DNA of 64,000 nt from Selaginella moellendorffii (taxonomy: Eukaryota; Plantae; Lycopodiophyta), in assembly GCF_000143415.4 (NCBI RefSeq), contig NW_003314261.1:4146880-4210879 (forward strand), in the 5' to 3' direction. The first letter of the stretch is position 1, and every line of letters begins with the position of its first letter. Of the stretch, positions 11,191 through 26,325 are shown one piece after another. The position numbers and the translations under genes were made by a program. Under the pieces are notes generated by a model. It had not been told where the DNA came from. It did not search any database and saw nothing but the letters and a program-made list of their open reading frames with translations.

Positions 11191-13476
11191 TTAAGTTTCA
11201 CCTCTTTCTGGGTCTGGGAGATTACTGTGAGAACGCGCGCACTCTTCTTGGCTGGGAGTTTTGAGCCTCTTTATGCAAGTGAGCGCCCCCTGTATGGTGG
11301 CATACCTCTCATCACTCCCAAAACACCCCTTGTGGAACATAAACTCGGCGATTTGCTCCACTCTCTCCAGCCGGCTAATGGGGTCGTACAAGCTCTCCCC
11401 CTCGAAAACAATGCTCCCTCCCCGGCACCCCTCCACCACCATCTCCTCCAAAACCCCAAACAGCCCCCACACCTCGTCGCCGTCCCGGCACTCGTACCGC
11501 GACGACTGGCACCGCGCCTCGCAAAACCCAAATATGCAGTCGATGTAAACCACCAGGTTACAGACCGAGCCGCGCAGGATCATCTCGCGGATCAAGCCCC
11601 GGGCCTGGTCCAGCCGCCGCCGCCGGCAGTTCCAAATGACCAGCGTCGAGTAAGTGATGTGGTTTGGCGCGAATCCATTCCGTACAAGCTCCTGGAGGAC
11701 GAGCCCGGCATCGTCCATCCGGTTGGCCATGCAGAGCCCGTGGATGAGCGAGTTGTACGTCACCAGGTCGGGCTCGCAGCCGCTACGTAGCATGCGCTTG
11801 ACGGTCTGGATGGCGTCGTGGGGGCGGCGCGCCTTACACAGGCCGTCGATCAGCGCGGTGTAGGTGACCACGTTTGGCGCGCAGCCGGCGTCCGCCATCT
11901 TTTGGAGGAGCGCCTGGGCGGCGTCCAGGTCGCCCGACTTACACAGGCCGTCGATGAGGGTGGTGTAAGTCACCACCGAGGCATCGTAGCCGTTGGCGGC
12001 CATGACGTGGACGAGCTCGAGCGCGTGGCGGGGCTTGCGCGCCTTGCACAGGCCGGCGATGAGGGTGTTGTAGATGGCAGCGTCGAGGCGGAAGTCGCGC
12101 GAGGCCATGTCGTCGAGGAGGGCGCGCGCGGCTTGGAGGTCCCCAGCGTTGCACAGGCCGTAGAGGAGCGACGCGTAGACTTGGGCGTCGAGAGAGCCGC
12201 CCTTGTCTTGCAGCTGCAAAAGAGAGAAACCATCAGAACGAGGAATTCGATCGAGGAACACTCCAAGCAAACAAAACCATCCAGAAACTATGATCTTCTC
12301 TGATCTATCTATCTCCATCTTTAAACTATGATCTATCTCTGATCTATCGAGAAACTATGTCTATCGAGAAACTATGTCTATCTCTATCTATCTCATCGAG
12401 AAACTATGATCTATCTCTGAGAAACTATGATCTATCTATCTATCTGATCGAGAAACTATAACTATCAATCTCTACCAAGAAGCAAAAGAGAAGCAAACAC
12501 TCACCTCGTAGAAGAGCGACCACGCAGCGCTAATCTCCCCGAGCTTGCACAACGTGTGGATCAAAATGCCGTACGTAAACGCGAAGTCGGCCGGATCCAC
12601 CGTCAGCTCCCGCCCGATCCTGACCGCGCGATCCACGTCCCCGGCGGCGCACAGCGCTTGGATCAGGACGCTGAGAACCTTGCCGTACGGCAGTAACCCC
12701 GCGCGCTTGATCTCGCCGCAAAACTCGCAAGCGCACTGGAGCCGCCCCGAGTCGACCAGGCCGTACAGCACGGTCGACACGGTCGTGCGGTCGGGCCGGC
12801 ACCCCGCCGGGAGACCCGCCGTGAAGATCTCGTGCGCCTTGGTCGCCTGGCCGAGCTTGATGAGAGTGAGGAGTAGCGAGTTGGCGGTGTGTGGGGTGTG
12901 CTTGAATCCCAGCCCGGTTTTGCTCGAGGCCACCCAGCGGAAGAACTTGATGGCGGCGTCGGCGTCGTCTAGATTCTGGAGGACCTGGGCGATGATCCGG
13001 GACCTCGAGCGGCGCTTCTCCCAGAGGATCCTCTTGATCTTGGCGCTTCCCGGGCCGCCCGAGAGCTCCACGAGCTTGGTCACTCGCGAGGCGGTGGCAA
13101 TGGTATCATTACTGCCATCGTGTTGTGTACTTCTCTCGATTGATCCTGGAAGTGATAGCTCCGCTGAACTCTCCGGGGATTCGCAATGCTCCTCCAGTTC
13201 CATGGCGCGCTCCTCCACAAAATGTGGAGCCTCGGGGTGAATCGCGATGCATGGCGGCCTCAAACTTGGAGATGGATCGCGGAGCCCTTGCTCCTGCGCC
13301 ATGGGAGCTGGCTCTGGTGTTACCTCTTTCGTGCCGCATTCTTCTTCCTGGTGTGCTGTGAGCGAGGAGCTAGGGCTCACGGCGGCGGTCGAGGGAGGAA
13401 GCCAGCGCGCTGCGCTCGATCGCAGCCACTGCCGTGCCATAGCTGCCGCCGCCACCAGCGTCTTGAGTGGCTGCAT
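11191..13476 (-). CDS. P-class PPR protein, two exons (13476-12505, 12213-11191), C-terminal repeats degenerate
   Basis: AAIKFFRWV...FKHTPHTANSLL in exon 1. Phase-0 GT-AG intron 12504-12214 joins YE|LQDKG. VVTYTTLIDGLCK repeats in exon 2. Confidence 0.85.
12284..12472. repeat. Intronic minisatellite, about 7 degenerate copies of (GA)GAAACTATG(A)TCTATC with TCTA microsatellite
   Basis: aaactat core at about 12286, 12322, 12352, 12369, 12400, 12422 and 12453. Confidence 0.85.
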
Positions 13477-13629
13477 TCCGCTGGAAAACCCACTGCCCGC
13501 AATCGCGAGATCCGGCCCATTTCTCTCGCCCAATGGACCAGCGCTGACCCATGACTGGCATTGACCCTCAAGAACCCTAAAAGAGAGATTTAGGGTTTAA
13601 GAGGGTCTAGGGTTGTGGAGGCGCGAGGA

Positions 13630-16254
<2,625 letters not shown>

Positions 16255-16459
16255 GATCGAATTTTTCTTTTTGTATTCTATACTTTCGAGCTTACAAAAT
16301 AATCTTGTTAACAAAGTATCAAAATTTTAAATGGAGCTCTCACTTGTTCTCTGTACAGACCGTGTCAAAGAAAAAACTCCTCTTCTAAACCACCACTCCC
16401 TGGATCCAAAACAAGTGTTCCATCAGCCAAGAAGAGAAAAAAAAACTTTGAGACACCAC

Positions 16460-18944
16460 TCAGCCAGGCTTTGGATCCTTGACCATCCACATCAACGAGG
16501 AAGGAGGAGGAGTGATGCTATCGCAGAAGCTCCTGTTGCTCGCCTTGTCTAGCAACTTTCGCTTGATCTGCCGGAGCGAGCTTGGCATCACTACTCCTCC
16601 ATTCCCGGATGGACAATCTCTCCACGGCGTGGTGCTGCTAGCGGGATTCATCACAGCTATGGACATGGAGCTCCTCACACCCTCTACTACTACCTCTTCG
16701 CGAGCTTCCTCGTGTTCTTCCCTACGTTGTTCTTGGTAGTGCTCTTGGAGCTCCAACGTTTTCGGCGGAGACTCGGGCTTCTTCACAGATTTTGGCGTCG
16801 CCACCGTCGCCTTCTTGCGTTTCCTCTCTTCCAACTTTGCCTGGAACGAACGAGATGTTAGAAAAGGAAAGAGATCATATGTGTGGACCTGTTTCATGGC
16901 TCCTTTCTTTCGCTCCTTGGCGCGAAGCACTGCGTTTTTAATGCCATTGCTGTCCATCCAACCTTCCGGCCATAGCTCCGCGAGCTGGTCGAGTGATGCG
17001 TATTGAAAAACGTTTCTTCTTTAGAAAGGAAACAGTACCTCGGCGTAGAATTTCTTGGTTGCTGCGGATTTGTGCTCGTCAATCCCCTCGACGTAGAGCT
17101 CGTAGAAATCGCTGATCCTGTCCTCGGTTGGCGCATCCCATCTGTAGCGTCCGTCGCAGGTTGCCTCTTCGCATTGGCTGTTGTCCTGAAAAAACGAAAA
17201 CAATTCGCTCAAAAAGAGAGTGAGAAAAGAGTTACCTGTGCTGATTGTTGTGGAGTGATTCGAGACTTCAGCATGTCCACGATTTCCTTCTTCATTGTCT
17301 CCAGCTTAGATTGCTTCTCCTTTTGTGCCGATATTCCAAGTTCAGCCATTTCCTTTAAGTTTCTCTAGAACCACAAGGAAGGCAGCGATTTAGCTATGAA
17401 AAAAAAAATGCAGCGATCTTACCTTGAGAGATCTAATCTGCATCAAGTGTCCCATGATCTTCATCAGGACGTTGAGGAGCTCTTCCGGGCCGATCTTGCT
17501 TTGTTTTTGCTGCACAAAACCTTCAGTTCACAGCAAGCGTCGCTAAAAACTAATAAACTCTACCGCTAGCCTTGCAACTTTGGCGAGCCGTGCCTTAACC
17601 TCCTTTGGTATCCGCTTCTTGTACTCGGTTTCGTGATTCTTCTCCGTCGAGGGTGGACATCCTGTCATAGATCATCTAAGCCTCAAGCAATTCTTTCTTA
17701 AAGCTACTTACGGTCCGCCACTTCTTTCTCCAGCTCCTGAATAGCCCTGTCCAGCATCGTGAGCTTCGGCCCAGTCTTCCTTCCCGGACTCGATTCCTTC
17801 GGAGGAGTCTTCTTCACAAAACAATAGATTAGTTAAAGTCACTCATCAACCATTTTCAAAGGAAGCTCGAAAAAATCTTACGATCTCGTCGCTGGCAATG
17901 GTGGTGTTGCTGGGATCGATACACAAGCCATTGTTTCGCTCTGCTAGAGGGCCCTTGGTTGCGCAAGCCTTGATCGTTTTAGTGAAGCTCGTCTTTTTGT
18001 TGTTCGCTTGTGGAGCTTTCACTGCGTCCTCGTCGTCGCTCTTGGCCTTCTTCGACGCTGGCGGCCTCTCCTGCGCCGGCCTCTTCCTCTTCTTGTAGAC
18101 TTTGAGACCAGAAGCTTCATCCAAACTCCTAGAGCAAGCACATAAACCATTTTCTATCCGCAAGGACGAACTAGCTAAGAGAGAACTTACTTCCCCTCGA
18201 CAGCCCTCTTCTCCAGCGATCCCTTGTTGACGTAGAAGCCCGTGTGCTTCGTCTTGGTCCTATTCACCTCGAAGTACTCGTCCTAGACGGAGTTCCAAGC
18301 ATTAGAGAAAGAACAAAGAAGTAATCTACAAGTAATACTTACCAGATCTTCGTCGTCGATGAAAGTATCCTCTGTGTCGTAATCTTCCTCCGCGGGCACG
18401 CAAGTCGTCCTATCGTCCTCGTCGCCACCTTCGTCATCCTCGGAATGCCCCTGAGACAAATCCCAAGTTCCATCTAAGTCACGAGCACTGAAAAAGAAAA
18501 AACTAACTCGACTTTTTTACTAACACATTACCTGGTAGAGCCTCTCGATCTTCTCGATCACCGCGTTCATCCGGCCATCCTTGTGCGCAGCAGCCACCTA
18601 CAAATCCACGAAACTCACATAAGCTTCGCTCGAGATCATCTGAGCAGCGACCAAAACTTTGGAATCTTACAAGAACAAAGAACAAACACAAAGAAAGACG
18701 AAACAAGAAGAAAAAGCAAAGGAAAAAAAGAGGAGAAAACGCTAGGTACTACCTCTGGAGCGATTCGAGAGTCCAATCCAGGCCTGGTGGTGGCGAGGAG
18801 ATTAGCACTCGTCGCAACAGCATTGGTGGGCAGGAGCTTCTGGAGCTTGCTCCAAGACACCTCCACACTCCCTCGCTCGGATTCTACGTGAAACCGTTGC
18901 CTCGCAGGGAAGCTCTCCATTTCCAGCCAGCACCGCTCGCCCAT
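16460..18944 (-). CDS. Ubinuclein (HIRA histone chaperone complex subunit; HPC2/HUN and UBN_AB domains), multi-exon
   Basis: NAVIEKIERLY, DYDTEDTFIDDEDL|DEYFEVNRTKTKHTGFYVNKG, and later KKRIPKEVKARLAKVARLA and WDAPTEDRISDFYELY. Start codon is uncertain. Confidence 0.85.
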
Positions 18945-20065
18945 ATCGTCGCAATTCGGATTGATGGGCTCCCACCTACATTGCCAGCAATCCAAAAACT
19001 CCCCAAAGATTCTCCCCCGCCCTGGAGGAGCTCTCGCCTTTAGGTCTTCCCAACTGGGCTATCCAATCAATCCTTACACTCTCTCTTCTTCCTCTCCCTT
19101 TTCCTCTCTTCCCAAGCTTTTGTGTGCTAAGATCTTCCTCTTCTCCTTCTTCCTCCTTTTCCTACAACGTATACAAAGCTTGCTTCCTCCCAATCATCTC
19201 ATCACATCATCAAAATCAAAAACTAAATTTCTCTCCCCAAAACCAAGCCAAAGAGGAAGAGAAAAAAAGGAACCAACCCCACATATACCAGAAAAATCCC
19301 TTTGGTCTTCTTGGCAACCACCTGCTTGTAAAAGAGAACCACCACTCTGGCCTAAATACCACCCCACCCCATTTAATACACAGCCTTTTGCTGCTCCCTC
19401 TCCCCTCAAACCATTAGGTCACACAAACAACACCCACAAGAAATCCCTTTTTACTAAAATCTCTTTGATAGGCCAAATTAACATGCAGGCAGCAAGATAC
19501 CATTGTCTGGTACTTTTGTGAGATTTCACTGGTTTTCTTTGTTTATTTTTCTATTGTTCTCTCTGTGTGTGTGGGAAAGTGGCTTACTTTGGAGCACTCA
19601 AACCTCGCATTTCCAAATGCCTTTTCAAGGCATTTGGGACGAATCTCAGGGTTATCGGCATTGTGTCTCTTCCAAGATTCTTAAAAAGGAAATTTTGCTA
19701 GCATTGACAGCGTATACTCGGACGCAAGCGATTATGGTGAAGATTACACCACGAGCTTTGGTTACTATGGCCAAACTAAACATAATACAAAGGTACCTCC
19801 GGGTGCCCTATCTGGCCAAGTTGGCAACTTTGAATATCAAAACATAACACTCACTTGGAACGAAGAGCTGCATGTAGTCCACTTTGGAAAACTTTTAACA
19901 CGCCTAGTCTGCCTCGAGCAGTCCTTGCAATTACTATTTCTTGGTCTCACCTTTAGTTACCTCGACAGATAAGAATTCGGCGTGATTAACGGAAATGGTA
20001 CATGGAACTACTCCTGTTCATATGGTTCTTATTATTTCCCTTTTGATTCTTCACGGCGCTCACTT

Positions 20066-21180
20066 TCACGAACTCTTGGGCTTCGAGGCCGGTGGAGGCG
20101 GAAGCAACTGCAAACAAATCAACTCAAAGTAAGAAAATCAGCCAAAGTGAAAAACGTTTCGACGTGAATCGGACCTGGTAGCAGGAAATCAATGAGGTGA
20201 TAAAACCCAGAGCTCCAGTCACACGAGGCGTCACGGTTTTTGGAGCAAGCTGAAGAAGTCCAACCGCGACAACTATATCCAGAGAAGCCTTGACAAGGCT
20301 CAAGGTTCTCTCGTGAGATTGTTTCACAGAGACGAGTTTTTGTTCTTTCTGTCACCAGCAAATGGAGCGTTAGAATGGCATCCTACGAGTGTAAGTGATG
20401 CAAACCAGGTGCGCGTTCTCCGGGTTGCCTTGCTGTTTTAATCGCCGAATCTCCCTCTCAAGCTTTCTCCTGGAAGCCGCAAGGCGGCCGAGCTCAGACA
20501 CCTGGGTTAAGGATGCGAGTAAGCACGATATCTTCCTTCACGAATTTCCAAGCTTACCTCAGCCAATGAGGTGCAAAACGATCCAGTCATCCAGCAGTAC
20601 AACGATATCCTTGAGATGAGCTCCAGGCGCTCCTTGTTCTATAAGGCAGCTTACGTTAGTCCACTCAAACGAAAAAAAAGACCAACCTGATAGATGCCGG
20701 TTCGTCCAGCCCAGACGAGTTGATCCAAGAACAAAAACGTTCCAACCAAAGCGTTTTTAGCCTGCATTCTAAATCGGTGAGCACACAAAATTCTACGGCA
20801 GGAACTTTTCTTGAGAGAAAAAACCAAACCTTTCCAAGGAGAACAATTGGGAGAGGCGTCGATTTGGGAGCTGGAACAATGAGACCATGCAGCTCGTTCA
20901 AGTACTGCGGAAACAAAAATCCATCACTACCTTTGCCAAGCCATCGTAGAAGAGAATAGTTCTTCTAAGAAAGAAAAAAGAAGCTTACCTTGAGGAGGCG
21001 AAACACTTTCCTTGCCAAGCTAGTTGACTTGTCGACTTGAGACGCCGGACCTGGCTCACCATTGCTGAGAAATTTTGCTCCATACTGGATCGCTCGGCAA
21101 ATTTTATCCCTGCTCTCAGCCTTGTTGAGGTACATGACCAAGAAGGCCACCTCCGCCCTCGCAACATCTAGAGACCCCAT
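20066..21180 (-). CDS. PEX11: Peroxisomal membrane protein PEX11 (PEX11c/d/e type), multi-exon
   Basis: YLNKAESRDKICRAIQYGAKF, TSLARKVFRL, LDIVVAVGLLQLAPKTVTPRVTGALGFITSLISCYQ. Last exon LLPPPPASKPKSS*. Confidence 0.95.
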
Positions 21181-22173
21181 CTAATCTACAAGACACGCAG
21201 AGCGCCAGAGTAAGATCAAGAAATTTCCAAAAGATGGGGGCATTTCTCGGTGCCGAGCAGCAACCTCTCGCGAAAAATATCACCTGATGCTCCGCGCCGA
21301 TCGATCGAGCCCTGGCCGCGACGCAGCGCCCTCCCTCCGCCCGCGCTCTTGCTCGCCACCGAAAAAATGCAGGGCCGAGACTAAAGTAAAAACCTATGAT
21401 ATATACTTATCCTTCCAAGCACGGCTTTGCTGATAGCCACGTCGAGTAAATCTTTGCCACGTGTCATACTAATCAGTGCTGCCACGCGGCCGCGCCTCAT
21501 TGAGCCCTGGTTGTCGCCCAGCCAGCTAGGATTCCTCCACGTCGGCATACCCGAAATAGAGAAAACAGCTGGCATGCTCTTGGTTTATACTTCGGGATAT
21601 TCGAGGTTTCAAATCAAAAAGGTGTAAAGGGTATCGAACCATGAGCGCCCACGTTTGATTGCGAAAAGCTGTAAAGCTTCCCCCCACTAGTTTTTTGTCG
21701 CGCTTTAATTTACGACTAATCGCTGTTCGTTTAGCACAAATATCACTGTCAAATCTTTGGCGAGGTCTTCGAATCCGGCACTACTCCACAATGTCGGTCT
21801 CTGGGAATAACTCATTGCTTCGCCACCATTGCTTTAGAATTATATTTCCTCCGATGGCTTGCTTGCTTGGGTAGACTCGTGGTGGGGGATATTCTTTTTT
21901 CTGTGGCGTGGTATTTTTAAGGGGCCATGGCCGCCACATAGAGAAATCATTGCGCCTCTAGGAGAAGAGACCACACACAACAACACTAAAGAAAAAAAAC
22001 TTCTTGTCTTGCAGATCTAGATCTTCTAGCAGTTTCTATGCGAGAATTCTGTGCGCTTGTATTGCGATTCTAGCCAGCATTGATGTAGCATTGCTCCCAA
22101 TTCGCGCGATCGCGAGCGGTTTTCTCGAGGGTGGTGATTGATCGATCGGGTGATCGAGGAGGAGAGAGGGATA

Positions 22174-24398
22174 ATGGGATGCCCCTGTTCTAAGGCGGAA
22201 GATCCTGGAGAAGAGCCGCAGGACGAGGAGGATCTCTGCAATTACTCCGCGGCAGTGTCGCAATGCAAGCAGAGGAAGGAGCTTCTTCGCCAGGCATCAC
22301 AGGCGGGGCGAGCATTCGCCAAATCTCACGCCGAGTTCCTCCAATCTCTCGCGCGAACCGGCTGCGCTCTCCAAGATTTCCTCACGGGAGAGCTCGGGAT
22401 CACCGATGGGTTTCGCGTAGCGCCAGCTCCAGCTAGATCTAGCTTTGCGATCGAGTACACACCCACAGCATCCCAGAGGGTAGTTCTCGAGGACGAGTTC
22501 CTCAGTGGAATCAAGCCGCCTCCACCGCCTCCGGGCTTGCCATCTCGCTACTGGGACTTCGATTTCTTCCAGCAGGTGGAGCAATCGATCGCGGCCTGCT
22601 CGTCGAGCAAGGAGATCCACGGCGGCGACGAGGAGGAGGACACCGTGATCGAGATGGAGGGTGACGACGTGAAGATCCGGGAGATCGAGCACCATTGCAG
22701 CAATCCATCGCCGGCCACGCGAGAGAGAAGAGATTCAAACGCTTCAGTGGCGTCTCTATCGTCCGATGGACCCGGCGATCAACGGCTGGCGATCGTCCCC
22801 GCGGAGCTTCCTCTCCACGAAATAGAGAAGATCTTCCGGTATGTTTACCAAGAATTTCTTAGGGCTTCGCAGAGCGGAGCCGCTGTGGCAGGGATCCTCC
22901 AGTCCGGCAGAGGTATGGCGCCTGCATTTCTTTTCGATCCCAGCTGTGGAAGTGATCTAAGAGCTCGAAATCTCTTTGTTTCTTTGCTCATCGCAGAGCT
23001 AGGTCTAGCATTGACATGGAAGAATGGAGACCATCAAGTCACCGATTGCAACTATGGATGGAGTCAGGCGCTCACTCTCGAGCGATTGTCGGCCTGGGAG
23101 CTCAAACTTTACGAGGAAGTCAAGGTATGGATCTTTCGCAAGTTTTCTTTAGAGTTGGCTTCATAGATCTCGAGGCATAGTTTATGTCTTTCGTTAAAGA
23201 ACGCACTAGTTAGTGAATTGTTTTTTTTTTTTTTTCATTTCTACTTTTTTGCTGTCGGTTTTCACCTGTAGCCACGATCAACAGTTCTTAGTTTGTCGTC
23301 TCCTGGTTTGATGAGAGAATTCTACTAACTTGTGATCACGGTAACGCAGGCGCTCAACTCAATCGATGCCGATTTCAACAAGAAGCGCAAGCTGCTGTGC
23401 AAATACGATGTCAACAGAGTTCACGATGAAACTGTTGATAGAACCAGAGCCGACGTCAAAGCCATCGAAAACCAGATGTCCGTGGCAGTCCAAGCTATGG
23501 AAGCAACCGCCGCAGCCGTCCAGAAGATCACCAATGAAGAACTTCATTACCAGCTTCTCGAGCTCGTCCAAGGGTAAGCTTTCAGCTAACCTGGTATCGA
23601 GTTTAAACTTCTTCCTCTTGCGCGTACAGGCTTGCCGATATGTGGAAAAGCATCCAAGGCTGCCATGAACGCCAGAGAGCCGCCGTTCTTGATTTGAGGC
23701 TGCCTCGAGGAGCAGCAGCAATGGAGATCAATCCCGGCCAGAGGAAGACGGCACAAAAGCTTCAGCTGGCGCTTCTGTCTTGGAGTTTCTCGCTCAACGA
23801 GTTGATCATCAAGGAGAAGGAGTACATAAGCAGCATAATGCAGTGGCTCAAGGCAAGCATCTCCAAACTCAACAAGCTCCACAGTCTGTCACGCAAGAAA
23901 TCACGGGTAATGCACTTGGCCATCCCAGAGATCTACTTCTTGTGCCAGGAATGGGAGAAGTCCTTGAACGACCTGTCTAAGGAGAGCTCCGGACAAGCGA
24001 TACGAAAGTTAACAATGGCAGCAAGCAAGATAGAGTGGTATCAGATGGAACAAATCAAGGCCCAGAAGCGAGTATATGGTCTAGTGAAGGATCTGGACAA
24101 GAAGGTGGCAGGCGTAAGAAACATGGAGAAGAAAGCTCTTGGTGGTAGAAAGGATGCGCCAGGCAATCTTGCTGAGAAACGAGCTTCCTTGGAGCTTTTC
24201 CGGCAGCAAGTGGATCAAGAGAAGAAGAAACTCGCAGAGCTCAACTCATCGAGAGCTTCGTTCACGCTGGGCAGTATCGAGAGTTGCTTGCCGGAGCTGT
24301 TTGGAAGTGCGAGCTCCTCGGCAAAAGTTTTGGTGAAGACACACCAGGAGCTTCATGGCCGAGCCAAGAATGGCTTAAAGCAGAGCATTGTCAAGTAA
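22174..24398 (+). CDS. DUF630/DUF632 family protein (NRG2/APSR1-like), multi-exon
   Basis: MGCPCSK...AVSQCKQRKELL...FAKSHAEFLQSL; PPPPPP...YWDF; TLERLSAWELKLYEEVK; EELHYQLLELVQGL..MW. Confidence 0.88.
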
Positions 24399-24767
24399 CA
24401 GGTCTTGCAACATCGCCAAGAGATGAAGATGCATCACTGGGATCTAGCAAAGTATATGATCTAAAAATCTAGAGGGAGAGCATATACAGTGGAGCTGGCA
24501 AAGCACTAGTGGCTTTTCTAGAGCGGCTTTTTTAGATTTTTGTTTGACTGCTATTGATCTAATGACTTGTAATATATGGGCTTGAAAATGAAAACCATGG
24601 TGGAGGCTTTTTCAGGTTCACTGAGTTTCTCAGATGACAAAACAGTGGCCTTGTTCCAGATCGCTTGGAAGGAAAAACCACAGGCTTACGGAATTGTAAC
24701 CCACGTCAAGATTAAAGGTGACGAGATTTGCATGAATTTAAAAGTAGAAACAAAATATTAGATTATA

Positions 24768-26061
24768 TCAGAGCCACATCTGGCCATCTATAAAGCTTAG
24801 AGAACTGAATGCTTTAGCGTCCTCCTCCGTAATGGTTGTAGTCCAATTTACACGTTTCGAAGTAGAAGAACCTGGACCATAGTTTTGATACTCGGCAAAG
24901 AAAGCAGTGCTGGAACAAAGCAAAAGTAAATAAACATGATTGCTTTGTGACATTTTACCTATTAGATGAGCCATGGACATCGTTCCAGTGAGCCCAACCA
25001 ATGGGATCCACCACACTCTCCATATAACAATTGATAAAAACCACGAATGCTTCATTTCCCCAAGGTCGGCCTAGTATGATCTTTCCTGTCCCTCCAATAT
25101 AGCAATTGTGGAAGGAGTATCCAGAAGGGAAATCAGTGGTAGAGGATCTTCCTTGTGCTGTCAAAGAGCCACTCGTTGTAGCGTTGGAATTTGAGATGAG
25201 ATTACATTTCTATAGTGCAAAGAAACAGAATGAGAAATTTAAAGAAAAAATATTGTTTACCTCGTAAAGTGACCTTCCAGAACCAAAGATGTAGTCTATG
25301 TTTCCCTCTATATATGTGTTCTGAAAAAAATGCCTACCCTCGTCATCGAAAAGAGTATCCTGACTAGAGAGAATAAAGCAGTTAGAAATCCTTGCAAAAT
25401 CACCAGATAATTTCAAAGCAACTGCTTGCTTATTTATATCTCCTGGATTTGCGAATGGTGCATCATTCTAAGAAAAAATTAAAAAATTGTTATATTTGTA
25501 ATAGTTATAAAACTATAATAATAAAAATTTACCTGAAAAGTGATATATTCAGCAATAAAATAGTTTGAAAGAACATCAAAAGTTGCACTTTTACCAGTAC
25601 CATTAACCGAACCATGGTTTGCATTATAAACTATCACCGTATCAAATATATTTTGTGTTACACCCGCCAAATGGATAAAATCTTTAAATTTTGGTATAGT
25701 AATTTTCTCTCTGCATTTTTATTTTCATATATAGAATTATAAGAAATCAACTGTATAAATAATAAAATTACCTATAAATTCCTGGTCCAATCAAAATCAA
25801 ATATCGTTGTGACGAATTATATGTAATCCAATCAATTGCAGCACTAACAGTATTAAAATTAATATCACCAGCTCTTGGATGAGCATTTGGATCATCCACT
25901 GAATAAACATGAAGCACAACTGAATTTGCATCAGCATTTAACAATGATTGATGTCTTCCTTCATATTGTTTGCTTTTGAATGCCTGATGGTTTCCCTCAA
26001 CAACATATGAAACAAAACCTAAACAAAAAGCAGCAAAAGCGATTGCAACAAGCTTCACCAT
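24768..26061 (-). CDS. Pectin methylesterase (group 1, no PMEI pro-domain), copy 1
   Basis: Signal peptide MVKLVAIAFAAFCLGF; GIYRE; QAVALKLSGD; QDTL; IEGNIDYIFG; LGRPW; FAEYQNYGPG; FIDGQMWL*. Confidence 0.92.
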
Positions 26062-26325
26062 TCTACTAATCTGAATGCATTTTACAAAATTGGTTTCCTG
26101 TTTATATAACAATACTATTTGATATTTTTAATGTTAAGAGTAACAAGATGGTTTTATTTCTATATTTATGTTTATATTTATAACTCTTTTCTGGATGAAA
26201 ACATCAATTAACACCAGAATTAACTCTTGCACAACCATTTCTGACCATTTCTTGCATCACAATTAAAATACAGAGCTTCAGAGATTATAGTTTTATAACT
26301 GCAAGCTTATCTACAGTTTTAATTT

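Noticed and set aside
12284-12472. Repeat array superficially like a CRISPR
   Set aside because: The units are degenerate and lack unique regular spacers, the array lies in a plant intron, and there are no cas genes.
7035-13476. PPR trio as RNA-editing factors
   Set aside because: Only P-type 35-aa repeats are visible; there is no PLS pattern and no E or DYW domain.
18961-19900. ORFs and pyrimidine/A-skewed low-complexity DNA between ubinuclein and PEX11, possible transposon remnant
   Set aside because: No terminal repeats, target-site duplication or transposase/RT motifs could be seen, and the ORFs look compositional.
24768-26112. Horizontal transfer as the cause of the AT-rich PME
   Set aside because: The protein motifs and spliceosomal intron pattern are typical of plant PMEs, and composition returns to background at the 3' end.
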